64,000 bases of DNA from Vermamoeba vermiformis (lineage: Eukaryota), in the NCBI GenBank assembly GCA_045837725.1, contig JBEWZL010000184.1:310001-374000 (forward strand), in the 5' to 3' direction. Positions 15,764-29,451 of the stretch are shown here, in pieces. Under the pieces are notes generated by a model that was not told where the DNA came from, did not search any database, and was given only the letters and a program-made list of their open reading frames with translations. The position numbers were made by a program, and so were the translations under genes. Position 1 is the first letter of the stretch. Every line of letters starts with the position of its first letter.

Positions 15764-17778
15764 ATGAGCAACAAGCGAAAGAGAATCGTTGCGGATAATG
15801 ATGGTAGCGAGCAACCAGATTCGAAGAAACAAAAAATTGAAGACGTAAGAGAAGCATTGAAGTCTTTAAGAACGTATGATATATCAGAAATTAAAGAAAT
15901 TATTAAGAAGAATAATAAGCTCGAAAACCTTGACGAAATCGAAATTGAGAGCGGATTTACCTTAATTCGTCCTGATTATTTAATTATCAAATTGGACGAG
16001 AACAAAAAATTCGTAGTAACGAAGAAACAGTAAGTAAAAGAATAATAATTGCAATAATCGCAATAATTATAGAATTCCTAAAGTTTAAAACGCTAACTGC
16101 TTGATCCAGAGTTAATGAACTCCACTTGAAGCTTAAGAAGCCAATAAACTACTTAGAATTCAGCGCAACGAACAGGTTGAAGGTCTTTGTTACAGGCGAC
16201 GATGTAGACCTTGATGGGGTTGACGATCCGAACGACACATCTCACTACTTGTTTGTGGGAACCTTCAGCGTGCTTTTTGGTGGCTCTATGCCAAAGGACG
16301 ATTTTATTCTATGGCTTGTAAGTATAAATCTTAACTCAAAACGGTTCTTATACCTCTCCAGCAAGGACCCAAAAAGTCGCTAAGTTCTGCGGCCCTGGAG
16401 AAATTAGGAAGTCACGTGGTCGATCCGAACAAGAAGGAAAAGAAAGCTAAAGACGAGCCACCTGCAGACCAGGACGTCCTCCTTAACAAAGCTCAAGCAT
16501 ATGTCGCACACTTGGCAACAGTTTTGCCGTCATTGCCCGACTTGCCCGCACCGGATCCGTACACAGGCACTTGGGAAGAGGTTCGCAAACATTTCATATG
16601 CATATAGCCGGTACCTCGAATACTAACAACTATAATAGGCCTTGGACAAGATTGCCGTTCAATTGAGCCGGAACCAAATTGTTGGTACCGCGCACACGTG
16701 GGACTTGAACCCCGTCGGCCAAGCGTTAATGAAACAAGACTCGCCAGTGACAGACATCGACATTGTGTGCTTCGAGACTGCTAGCAGGGGACAAGAGGTC
16801 CTGTTGGGGGGTGCAGCACATTCACCCAAAGTCGAACAGCTGCGCATCTCTTCAATGCTCATGCGCGGCGACCAATCGAATTATTCACGACACTACGGCA
16901 AGGTCCTGGCTACTGCACAGACCTTGAAAACATTCGCATTGCATCGCATTCATAACTTGAACTTTGACGCGGTCCTCGGTACGCAGAACCTCTTACATCC
17001 ACTTAGTCTTTTTGATATTCATATTGATTATTAATGACTTTTGTGTAGCTGGTTTGAACGAATGCGCCACTCTAGAAACACTCGCCTTGGAGCATTGTAA
17101 CTTGACTGACGCAGACTTCGAAAAGCTCGTCGCTGTCATTTGCAATCCGAACTCACAACTGAAGCTCAAAGTGCTGAACATTGAAGGCAATCAAATCACT
17201 GACGCGTCAGCACCGTGGGTCCAGTTCTTGTTGGAACACTCGTCTTTGGAAGCGATCAGCTTTAAAGAGATCGAATCTATGAAAGAAGAATTTGGACCTT
17301 GTAAGTGAAATATGGAACATACTATATAAATCGTATTAATAGTTTAATTTAAGATTTGGGAAGAGGCTTGGCGAAGAACAAGACGGTCAAAAGGCTGCAC
17401 TTTGTGAAGACAAAACTCGGTGCCAAAGGCGTCACAGCAATGCTGCAAGAGATGACAGGTGTCAATGAAACACTTGAAGTGCTTAATTTGGAAATGTGCA
17501 AAATTGGCAAACAAGGAGGTGACGCCCTGGTAGATTTTTTGCGCCGTAATTCGAGCATTCAGTACCTGCACGTTGGTAGCGCGGGAATAGCCGAAAAGAC
17601 GTGGCCGAATCTGCTTAAAGCTATTGAAGATAAGAAGAATATTACTGGATTTAGTATTAACAAAAGTGATGAACGCGTGGGTGATGTTGTAGTGCGGGAT
17701 CTGATCGCCAAAAGTCCGAGACTAAGCGATATTCAGGGCAAAAGTGTAACGTGGAGCAGAGATGAGTTTAGAAAATAA
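15764..17778 (+). CDS. RNI-like leucine-rich repeat protein with N-terminal NLS-like segment; 3' end uncertain (may extend to ~17860)
   Basis: MSNKRKR...KKQK; LRR units LETLALEHCNL, LKVLNIEGNQI, LEVLNLEMCKI, IQYLHVGS; in-frame GT-AG introns. Confidence 0.75.
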
Positions 17779-18036
17779 AAAGGAAGGTCACTATCTGCTT
17801 ATCATACGGGGCTTTCAGTACTAACCATAAAATCTTACCTCAATGCGAATTGGATGTAGACATAATGCATTTTAAAATTTCTTTTATCTTATTTGTAACG
17901 GAACGTTGTATGAAGTGAGGAATATAACTATTTATTATGATAAAGAGATGTTAATTCGCTTGAGATAAAATTGAGATGCGACGAACATAATTTCGTTCGC
18001 GCTGAAGTGACGACCATTCGTCACATTATTATTGAT

Positions 18037-19870
18037 CTAAATTAAGATCGAGATATCTGGGGTCAAGTGTCTAAAAATTAAGCGCCAGATCTCCATTGGA
18101 AAGAGCGGTTTTTGTCGAGCGATATTGTGCATGACCATCGTTATAGCAAGTTTAAATCGTCTGTTTCGTATTAAGATTGGTTCATAAAGCGCTTTGTACC
18201 AGTTTGTTGTGAGATCCAAATCCGTCAAGATCCAATTGTCTTTTAACAACGCAATTTTTTGGCCTGAGAATTCTAATGGTAACCCAAGTGCAGGTCTTTC
18301 ATTATAAAAGCTCGTTATATTGGTGTTACGAGCCAATAGTTCCAAAAACTGATCGCCTTCATAAAAATTTAAGGCGCTGACTAATTTTTGAACTGTTGTA
18401 TTGCGTTGTAAGAATAAACTTGTATTGTTGTTTCCATCTACATAGAAGTCTGATATATCTAGCTCCGTTAAAGTCTTATTTGTTAATAGCGTTTGCCATA
18501 GATCTACCGAAATGAAATGATGACTGCATCTTAAACTCTTCAATGTCTTATTATGCGAGAGCGCATCGCCTAATAATACTCCTACCAAGTTGTTAGCTCT
18601 TAAATCGAGTTTTGTTAGTGTTTTGTTGTGTTTGAACCAGTCTACTGAAAAGTTGCCAAATCTAGACAGATCTTCCTTTTTACAAACTACGCCGTTTAGA
18701 GAAATCTCTTTGAGCACCTTATTCTTAGTCAATAGTTCGTTCCATATTTCTATCGTATTCTCATCAATCGATAAATAGCCATAAAATTCGGGATCAAACG
18801 GATCGTCGTTCAGTACAATTTGTCCGAGTTGCAGGTTCGTTAATGAAGAGTTGTCTATTAATGCCCTAAGTACCGCATTAATGTCATCAGTCATCAAATA
18901 AGACAATTTCAGAGTTCGGATCGGAGTTAGAGGCCTATTCAAACTTTGCATGAATCTAGGCAGAACTTGCTCTCGATATCTAATCTCTCTATCATCTTCA
19001 AGGTACTCTTCAAGTTGATAATTAAACAGCGGAAATTCCAGCGTTTGCAAGGACGACGTTGTTTGCAAGAAGGTCATAAGCGGATCGACATCTTCGTCTG
19101 TGTAGTTAAGGTCTCGGAGCGCCAAGGTTTTGATAGTTGTATTCTCTTCAAATATTTCTTTGAGTTGAGGGGCATTGAGCGCTGAATTGGATTTATTGGT
19201 GCATTCGATCTCCAAGCTTTGGATTCTCGAATTTTTCTTGAGTGACTTGAGCAGCGTTTGTTTTACATTTAAAGGAACGCATATTTTAAGGCTATTAAGG
19301 CTCGAATTTTCGTTAATGGCATCTGCAAGCATTTGGCTCATTTTATCCTTGATTTCGCCGGTGTCATTTATAATCAGCTCTTTAAGGGTGCTAGTGCGCT
19401 TTAGTCCTTCACAAAGCAATGCACAGTTATCTTCGGTAAAGGTTTCTCTTAGTCCTGAGCCGTCGTGGGCCGTTTTGATTTCTAATATTCGCAGATTCGG
19501 ATGCACTGTCAAAATATCTTTCAATAATTCAAATAAATCTTTATGATTTCTATCATTGTATAGACTAATTTGTAAATTCTTCAATCTTGTATCGTTGACG
19601 ATTGAATTATAAACAGCTGTTCCGCGTTTTGCGTTCAAATAATAAAGCTTGGCTGAATCCGTCAAGAAAATAAAATTCTCCATGCTTTTCATCGCTCTGG
19701 TGAGATCATCAGAACCGTCTTTTATAAATACGAGCTGATATAAAATTAAATCATTTATCCGATTAATGATTCGTTTTTCTAGATCTTACCTCATTCGCGA
19801 TGACTTTATTGTATACGTCCTCTATATTGTCAATAGTGATCTCAAACACTGGATTATCATGCTGCTCCAT
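18037..19870 (-). CDS. RNI-like LRR protein with C-terminal F-box-like motif
   Basis: Short exon 1 (MEQHDNPVFEITID) plus one long exon; repeated N.sL..L.L units; ends LFPMEIWRLIFRHL. Confidence 0.8.
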
Positions 19871-19969
19871 CGCTATTGGTTAAAATCGATTGTGTTGCTT
19901 TTGTTCGTGCAATAAAACAAAATGTAAATAAATAAAAAGTTTATCTCAGCATTCGCGTGCTTTCAACAA

Positions 19970-22900
19970 TTAATAAATAAAAAATAATATTACAAAGATC
20001 CAGATTGGGGTTACGAAGACAAGACTCGATACAGATGTGATTGGTGTTGCCAACGGCGAATCAGCAGGCACCGAGACAGGTGTCAACGGTTGACTGCTTG
20101 GCTCATCACTGATTGGTGCAGATTGAGGAACATCGACAGGTTGGCTGGAAGGCTCAGCGCTGATTGGTTCGTTTGATGGCTCAGACTGAGGAACAGCCGT
20201 TGGCTCGGAGATTGGTTCGGACTGGGGTTCCGATGAAGGCGCGTTAACTGGACCAGATACTGGCTCGGACAAAGGTGTCGGGACTGGTTCGGACTGAGGC
20301 ACGGTGATTGGCTGGGCAGTTGGTTCGAATGTAGGAGCTGCGCTAGGCTCGGCTTGAGGCGCAGAAATAGGTTGACTGACAGGCGCGCTAGTGACATAGA
20401 TTGACAAGACGATTTTGTGACCTGCATTCATGCTGATGTTGAGCCCAAGTCTGGCCGTGTTAAGTGTCACAACTGCATGGGCGTCAACTGTCGTTTCGTA
20501 GTTGACGTCTACTTGTGAAGCGTGTGCGATTGAGTCCAAAAGAGCGTCGGAGAAACCTCCGTAGAAGAGCGAAACACGTGGGGGAACGAAGCTCTGTGCG
20601 GTCGCGTAGACAGTGATTTCCAACGCAGTAGTATTGAGATACACGGCACGACCATAGATCTGCGTATCAGATTCAATGAAGAGTTTGTCGTCCTTAGCAC
20701 CAGTCTTCAAATCAGCAAAGTACACGTGATAATTCCCGCCGTCCTCGCTAGGCTCAAAAGCGATAGTTCCGTCAGTGTTGATGTTTTCGATGGTCTGGGC
20801 AACGCCGGATCTGCTTCGTGCAAAAGTAGAGAACTCGCTGGTGCTGTAGTCGACAGCTATAGTGTCGTTATATAACTGGCCGCTGTAAGACAAGTAATCC
20901 AAGTCGGTGTTCCAAGCGACATATCCGTTCGGCGGGAGCACAATGTTGTTAGCCTCGGGCACGGTGAAAGTGAACGGCGTGATGTCATTGTACACAATGT
21001 CAGCTGTGGCCCATATTCTGATGCTCATAGTGTCACAATCAGGCGAGGTTTGTTGGTCCAATCTGAACACGAGTGCTTCATTTGCAGCCAGCGAAGTGAC
21101 GCTGTCAACATTGACTTCGTAAGAGGTGCTGTTTCTGAACACAAAGTCGTACACGCTAGCAAATGAAGCTATGGACTGTGATGGGCTTGAAGTGTCAAAG
21201 ACACCCTTAGTGACACGCAAAGTCATTCCGTCACCGCAAGTGCCACCAACTTTTTGCAAGAACAACGTAAGTTGAAGGTTTGCAAGTTGTTTCTTTGGTG
21301 CAAAAACAACGGCACCGTCGCATTGGTAACCATCAGCCACGATATTGCCTAACAGAAAACTCGTTTTAGTCTCGCCTTTCAAGCGTTAATACTTACTTCT
21401 AACAAAGCAATAAACATTGCCGTTTTTAAATGCTTGGTCTTTTGCGCTCCAAGGCAAAGGCAGAAGCATGTTGGTAGCACGGTTGTAGTACTACAAGCGT
21501 GTTAGATCACGTGCTAGGAATAACATAGAGGTGACTTACGTAGTATCCAAAGTCCGTTGAGAATTGAACGGTGCGAACGAGTTCATTGCCAGTGTTAGGC
21601 CAAGCACTCCACAAGCGAGTCTGACGGTTGTTCACTACGACAGTAGTGTTATCTTCCAACTCGATCTTCACCACGTTGTTGATCACGTCACCGCCGTTCT
21701 TGATGTACTCGGACAAACCGAGCCATTGGCCGTTCAAGTAGTGCGAGACAGTCTTAGCTGGGGCACTGAAAATGCGGTGCTGGTAGCCCCTTGCCAAGTG
21801 ATACTCAGTCAGGGTTTCAGCAAGGGTTTGTCGGCCCCATCGGTAGCTGAAACTCAACCATCCTGAGTGACCATAAGCAACTTGTTGTGCGCGGTATCTG
21901 TCGCTCAAATAGGCGTCCATGGGTGATGACCGCAACTTGAATCCTTCAGCCTGGTTGTATCGGCCAACGTAACCCAAGCCATTGTTATACTGCGAGTTCT
22001 TGTTGATAAAGAGAGCAAATTCAGGCATCGTTGAAGCGCCCATTCGTCCGTCAAGTTGCGCCTCGACACCGTCAACGTATCCAGCGTAGTACGGCACGTG
22101 ATGTCCAACGTAAGAGATGCTGTCAAAGTTGGGATTGTCACGGCCTTCACCGTACAACGGACCTTGATACAGCATTCTGAAACCTACAATTGACACGTGT
22201 CTTAGTCAAAGTGATGGTTTCATGTTGTGTCTTAGACTTACTGTTCCAAAGGTTTTTCTTGTAAATGACCATGTTTTTCCACGAGTGCTCGGCCTTTGCG
22301 TTACGTCCAAAAGTGATGTATCGACCTGGCTCAACAGCCGTGTCGACGTCTTCGTAACCAGCGTTCGGCGCGTAGTCTGCAGCAATGAATGGTTGTTGTG
22401 TTTGCGCAATGTCAACGCAATAGTCACCAGCAACTAACCGAGAATGTTAGTGAGTGACACGTGTCAAATATTTGTTCACAGCACGTACTCAACAGGGACT
22501 GCTTGTTCGTAGCGGTGTTGAACCAAGAATTCTGCGTGGCGCCTGTAGCAAGGAGTGCTAGTTGCGTGGCGTTGTATAAAGGGGAGTCGGGGTACATGTC
22601 AACATAATTCTCGTGCAAGCCAATTCTGTGGCCCAGAGCCTTCGCCGAGTCAATCAAATTTTTCATGGCAGTAGAGCCACCGCGATCAGGATTGGCCGGG
22701 TAATGTGACGGCAATTTGACATCGTAGCCGTATCGTTGCCACGAGTGAACTACAATGCTCAATCTTTTCATGCCGTACCACGTCAATTCCTCGATGAACC
22801 AGCGTGTACAGTCGAATGTAGCGGCCGAAGTCGAGGGGTAAGCAGGGTGCATGCTTAGTGGCCTGATAGTAGCCGTCAGGTACATATAAAAATACAACAT

Positions 22901-24607
22901 AATAATTGAAAATAAGCTTACGAGATGGAAGGATAGAGGCTCTGAACAGGTCCCTGAAACACCAAAAAATTAGATCGACTGCAAGTTAACGATGACTTAC
23001 ATTCCAGTTCTTAGTCGTAGTATTATATACTAACGTGGAGTAGGTGAGGTTATTATGCGTGTATTGCAAATAAGACCAGCCGTTTTGGCCTTGAACGTCA
23101 CTGAAGTCAGCTTGCTGATTGTACGTTCGATCAGCCGTTACAATATTGATGGTCCAGTTCGTAGCATCGCAGTTCATATCGCCATTAGCGTCCACGTGGA
23201 AAAACAACGATTCTCCTTATTTGGAAATTTCAGTTAGTAAAATCGCATCACGAGCTAGCTAATGGATTTACCTTGCTGCATATTAATATCCGTATTCAAA
23301 GGGACTTGAGTATCACCATTAGCGAGCACTGCAGAGAGTATAATGTCTTGTTCGTATTTAACGTACACAAGAACTCCGTTGCCACATCCGCTCGACAAGT
23401 CGCTTACAATTGAAGTCAAAGATACTAGACCGCTTGAAGGAGCTGTCCATTGACGCACTGAGTCGATGGCAGGGTCGAAGTATGGTCCACAATCGACGTT
23501 CCAAATGTCCAAAAAAACGCGATCAGAAAGATCTGGCAAGTACGACGGAGTCTCTTGTAGGAAATAAGGCGATGGCATGACATCCTTGATATTAGGGCTG
23601 ACAGTAACGTAACCGACTTCGCCGAGTGGAACAATAGCTGGATCGAGAAGAAATAAATGTCAATCAGACAAATAAAATTAATTAATGCACATTATTTATG
23701 CTTTATAATTGCTTCATTATTGGTATTGAATAAATAGGGAAATCAATTCAAAAGCAACGAATGCGAAGAATTAAATTAATTTCTCATTTTCTTTCGTTTG
23801 TGTACGAAACAGATGCACAAAAAGATACGGTTTCCAATTCATCTACGTACCTCCTGCATAGTTAACTCCGGCTGTAGTATAGTGCGTGGCGGTAATGCTC
23901 GTAGAAGTTCGATCGTAGTACTGAGTGAACTTGATCCCGTTACTCTTGCTTCTATCCAAGTAATGAGAGCCATAGTACCGCTGATTGTTATAATCGAACG
24001 AGAATATAGGGTCTGGCAGGTAAGGCAATTTGTGGGGAGTCGGATTCGGGGTGTTACGAGTTCCTCCGATAAAAAAGCCCCACCAAGTCTGATTACCAGC
24101 TGTGCGGCCTGTAGGATCGGATATATCGAATGAAAGTGTAGCACCTTCGATGGTAAGTAGCGCTGTGTATTCCAGAACTTGTGCAGATGCGCTGAAGATC
24201 ATGGAGAAGGACAACGAGACGGAATTCGCGCTTGTTTGGGTGTGGGAGAAGTCTGTCGAGGTCACCATATTGATGTACTCGAATGGGCGATAAACCGTAT
24301 TCGTGAGGTAATAATTTGGGCCACATCCAGTCGCAACGTAGAATGGATTTTGTTCCGTCGAATCCATGACTCCGATCTCGAACTGGCCTTTCAAAATTGT
24401 GCTCTTCGTAGTATCCACAAAGTACTCCGTAACAGTAGCTCCATCGACCTTGTAGAGAAAGCTATAAACGCCCGCATTGAACGTAACTTCGTTGGCAAAT
24501 GATCCGCCTGGCCGTTTGCCAAAAGGAGCAAGATCGTCGTCTATAGGCGCACAGATATATGCCAAGGCAATTATAGCCACGATGAAGCACTGCAACTGCC
24601 GCTTCAT
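19970..24607 (-). CDS. Large secreted, probably GPI-anchored glycoside hydrolase-like protein (DUF5696 / GH101-GH129-like barrel) with accessory beta modules and P/S/E/Q-rich stalk
   Basis: Signal peptide MKRQLQCFIVAIIALAYICA; VHSWQRYGYDVKLP..YPANP..GG..AMKNLIDSAKALG.RIGLHENYVDMYPDSPLY; PQSEP/EPS repeats ~20060-20380; hydrophobic C-terminus LVFVTPIWIFVILFFIY. ORFs joined by short introns. Confidence 0.75.
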
Positions 24608-25436
24608 AGCTCTGAAATTGAATTAGTGAACGGATCTGCATCTGTTAATTGTTGTGGATGGGTGGAGACGTACCTAAGTATCGGCAATTGTTGCTGTCAA
24701 GTGTTGAGAATAAAATTAATCGTTTGATTTGTGCGTGGCTTGTTTTCAATGTCTGCTGTCATTCGTCTCGAACCGCCGAAAGCTTGTAAAGAGAGATCTC
24801 GAGTAACTTTTTTGTCGGAGCGGTTGTAGTGCGAAAAAATCCATGTAAGGAATGCATATGGCTTGCTTGCACGTGAAGGATGAACATTGGCGGCATAAAG
24901 TTGAAAAGATTCTGTAGATGGATAAATTAAAAATTAATTGCGCGAACAAATTTAAATGCCAAGCACACTATTTAATTGTTTATATTATCTAATTATTGCT
25001 TTTAATTAAATTATTTGCTCACCCTGTAGTCCTCAACTGTAGTGCTCAGCAACATCCCACTAAGTTGAAACTAATTATTTGGAAAACGGCCCGTAAAAAT
25101 TGTGTTATCAATAATTTGTCTGTCGTAGCTTCGCAAAATTTGAACTTGGCGTGAATGTTTTCTTTTCTTCTCCAGAGAGAACTTGGGTTGGAATCATTAG
25201 CTTGTTCGGGCTTAGATCTTGCTGCTACTTCACTTTGATTTAACAAGTTCAACAAATAGCGTTCTTTGATATGGCATCGTTGTCTTTTGTGGCATCTGCT
25301 TGACGTATCAAAATGATTTGACCGTTAAAATCTCGAGCGAGATTGTTCGAACATAATTTAATTCTCCAGCGCTTGAAAACAACATCAGAAGGTTTAACAA
25401 GCTTAAATTAGTGTAATGCAGTATTATTAAACGAAA

Positions 25437-28400
25437 ATGGAGAGCTTTTTCGATAATCCGCCAGAAGATTTGGAAAAAGACGAATCAACTTTCAATTACA
25501 ATAATCTGAAAGATGGAATTAAAAGATTACAAGAAAAATATGGGGATAATTCACTTCCTGCGTTAAAAGAAGTCGAAGTACTAGTAGAAAAGTTTCTGGA
25601 GGCTCTCGGCCTTGATCGAAAAAACGGCGAGAAGCAAAAACTGTATGAAAAATACAAGGTAAGCGTAATTTAAATATGACAAAATAATACGAAATTTATT
25701 TGGTGATTCTAGTATTAAAATTAATTTTTTTAAAGGATGTCGACGAAATGACCGTTAGAAAAGCCCAGACAATCGTCAAATCGTTCTTGAAGCGCAAAAA
25801 TTTCGGAAATATAGGTAATTATAATAAGTGCCGATCCAACAATATTATTGGCATGTCAATCAATCGGAATTTAATTTTTTCGTTTTCCAGCCAATCAATT
25901 CCTCAATTCAAATTTGGCCAAAGAACTCGGTCGTCGCAATGATATATGGAAACAAGTACTAGGATCAGAAAAAGCATATTTCCAAAGCTTAGTTTTGCTA
26001 TACGAGGTAACCGCTATTTTTGTCGATTTTTTTCGTAATTTCAAATTAATTTTATTTTTTATTTGCGTAGATGTACTGCAAACCTTTGAAAATGCGCTCG
26101 ATGGGCGGAAATGCTGCCGACTCGAAGATATTGACAGATAAACAAATTAGCAAGATATTTCAAAATATCGAGACTATTAAGGACATCGCTAAAACGGTCT
26201 GGAAGAAGCTCGAAAGTGCTGCAAAGACATGGCCCGAATCTGCACCCAGAATAGGCAATATTATTTTGACATCGGTAAGTCTCCGGTGGCACCGGCCCCG
26301 ACCGATAATTTTTCGCGGGTAAACTTTCGAGCTCTTGTAATAATATTTATATCGTTAGTTACCTGATGTTCGCATGACATATGCGCCGTACATTAAAGGC
26401 ATAACAAGTGCCATCAAAACTTTGTCAAAGTTAAAGAAAGACAGTCAACAGTTCTCCGACTTTTTGGACGTAAGTTCCTCACATTGAAATTTCGATGGGA
26501 AGTTTCCGCTAACAATTTTTGCAACGAAAATAGCGTCAGACTGTTGAATTTACTGCTGCCAGCAGCGAGCCTGCTTTGCCACTGTCAACTTTGTTGATGT
26601 TACCTTTGATCCGACTCAGCCAGTACGAAGGATATTTGAAAGAGTTGTTGATCTTGACACCGCCCGAGCACACCGATTACAACGACTTGACACGTGCTTT
26701 ACGTGAAGTAGTGCAACTCAATCAAGAAATGAATTCGCAGAAAGTCGAGGCACAAAAATTTCAGAAAGTTTTCAACGTCAATTCAGCGCTGAAAGGCAAC
26801 GTTCCCGTACGTGCAAATCCCTCGTTATTACTATATTTGGCAAATAGGTCTAACCAGCAATTACAGAATTTGTTGCTCAAGGAAGGCCGATCATTTATTC
26901 GTGAAGGACCTCTTCACATGTCAGTGGACAAGAAGCTGAAAAAGTATTACTTGTATCTGTTCAGCGACATGTTAGTCTTTGCCGACGTGAACGAAGCTAG
27001 CGATGAGAAATTCTTCGAATCCATCTTGTCGTTGACCGGCACTGAGATCAAAGACATGTCTGACACGCCTGGTACGCGCACTTATAATTCAAAATCACGT
27101 GCTCAATAAGGCTAATATGTTATTATAGGTGTGCCTAATGCTATGTCATTGTCAAATCAAACCAAGAAAATCACGTTGTGTGCAGCTACTACAGAAGAAA
27201 AGAAGTCTTGGATCATTGACATTGGCAACCAAATTAAAGAGTGCAATAATTTGAAAAAATTACAAAAGGCCAGTGTCAATAGCCCTGGATACGGTGGTGG
27301 CGACGGGAGTTCTACCAGTAAGTTTCATTCGATACTAATACGATTCATAGTGAAGCCATATGGCGGATCTACCAAGGCTTACTGGTGTTTCCAATTACCT
27401 TTAATTATTACGGTAGTGCGAGTCGTTGACCCTGAGTTTCTTGTAGGTAGAAAGCCCGAGGATGGGAGTAATAACAATCAAGGAGGAACGACTGATCGAG
27501 GACCAATGAGCCCTGGCAGTGGTCCGAGTTCACCGTTCGGCAAGGATTCGCCAACAGGCAGCAACCAAAACACGACATTAGCGTTGCAACTGCAGCTCTT
27601 GCAGACTAAGACTCAATCGTCCCTTAACAACTTGTACTCGACGATCTCACCTAGAAAAGGCGAACAGATCATCAAATCTCCTCGTGGAAATTTCACAAGC
27701 ATCAACACGCTTGAGACGTTGATCGATTCTGAAGCCTTCAAGCGCGCATTGGCGAAGCAACACAGCACTAAGACTTTGCAAGATTTCATCAACGTGCTGC
27801 CCGAGAAAGTCAGAGTACGTACCTAGAGTATAAGTCCGGTGGCACGTGCTTATATTTCCTTTTTAGGTCATTAAACCTAGCTCACAATACAAGAACGAGC
27901 TGTACCAATTGGAGGGTCCAGCTGATGAGACTGGTGATGACACGGAACATTTCACCGATTTCGTTGCTGCACGATCAATCTCCACTTTTCCTTTTTCGTA
28001 AGTCCCACGCAAGTCCAGGAACTTAGCATTGCAAGTACTCATGTTTGAACTAATAGGCGAAAGTTGAATAAGAGAGAAGGTGATCCTATCTGCGACAGAT
28101 ACAACTACGCTGCGTTCAAGAACCGCATGTTGATCGCGATTGCTGATGGCTGCAGCATTGGCACGCGTGCACAACAAGCTGCGACACGTGCTGTCAACAG
28201 CTTTGTCAACGAACTGCGCGACACCCATATGAATATTCAAGAGTTGAGAGTAAGTCTAGCTGACACTGGTTAACACTAGCACGCCGTTTCTTTTGATTCA
28301 TGAACTTAATTTCCTTTTTAGGATGTCGGCAAGGAGCTTATGCGATGCGCTGCACGAGTGCACGAGGCGATAAAGATCGGCAAAGCTAACATTTGGGACG

Positions 28401-29302
28401 CGGGCACTACGACTCTATTGGCCGGCGTCTTGTGCCAGACCGAGACACATGCGGCCTTGAACAACTGTCAGTGGTGCTTCAACTGTATCTCGATCGGAGA
28501 TTGCAGGGCCTATCACTGGTCTCGTCAAACAACGCGCATCCGCGAGATCACGGAGGGCAATCGAACCAACTTGACTGACTCAAAGGACCCCGGTGGTAGA
28601 CTAGGACCGTATATTTATCAAGTACGTAATTATTTTAGTACTATCTGTTTATATTCGAGGTTTAATAAGCGGTTTTTTTTTGAATGCTCAGGGAGCACCA
28701 GATCTTCGCAACATGAAACTGTACTTTACCGGCTGCAATGAAGGAGACTTGATTATTATTTGCACGCCCGGTGTCCACGACAACTTTGATCCGCAAGTGA
28801 ACGGTTACACGCCCAAGGACTTGAAATCATTGGTCGAAAAGGTGAACAACTTCGATCAAGAGTACCAAGAGCAACAACAACAGAAAGGCGAGGAAGTGCT
28901 AGTTAGTCGTATTATTCGTACCTCGACTGATACTGTTGTTGGTACTATTGATCCTAACTACTTGCCTGAGAAATGGGAGAAGATGGATCCGCCTCAAGCC
29001 GATGCGCTCAAGTCATTGTACGCATCCGACATTATTTCTTCATAACTTATTCTAACGAACTACTATTATATAGGTATCGCTTGAAGCTGTTTGAGAAGTT
29101 GATTACAGAGCTAGAGTACCCTATTAACCCGATCAGAGTGACTAAGCGCATCATGGATTATTGCATGCAAAACACATCCGGACTGCGCGAATTTATGGAG
29201 CAAAATCCAGAACGAGTAAGACCTAATGATCCCAAATTATATCCCGGCAAGATCGATCATAGCACCGTTATGACGATCCAAGTCGGTCCTGTATTTATTT
29301 AA
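25437..29302 (+). CDS. RhoGEF (DH-PH) fused to a TipA/CG9801-type PP2C-like domain
   Basis: DH: SEKAYFQSL, IFQNIE, LLMLPLIRLSQY, PPEHTDY. PH: FIREG..YLYLFSDML..EEKKSWI. In-frame splices lead to STFP..EGDPICD, ADGCSIG, GTTTL, IGDC, DPGGRLGP, GKIDH. Confidence 0.85.
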
Positions 29303-29451
29303 TTGAATTGTATGTTATTGTTAATGAAATAGTATTAAATAAGCTAATGTTATGTAAATATTTCAATCTTATTTGCACGAGACATTCCGAAATAGCCTTT
29401 CAGATCCCGTTGCGAAATTGGAGAACGTTAGTCATGTATTTTTGTTTAATG

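Noticed and set aside
19970-24607. Bacterial contamination or chimeric assembly at the hydrolase gene
   Set aside because: The gene has spliceosomal introns with the same branch-point style and the same TGACACGTGTCA element as the rest of the window.
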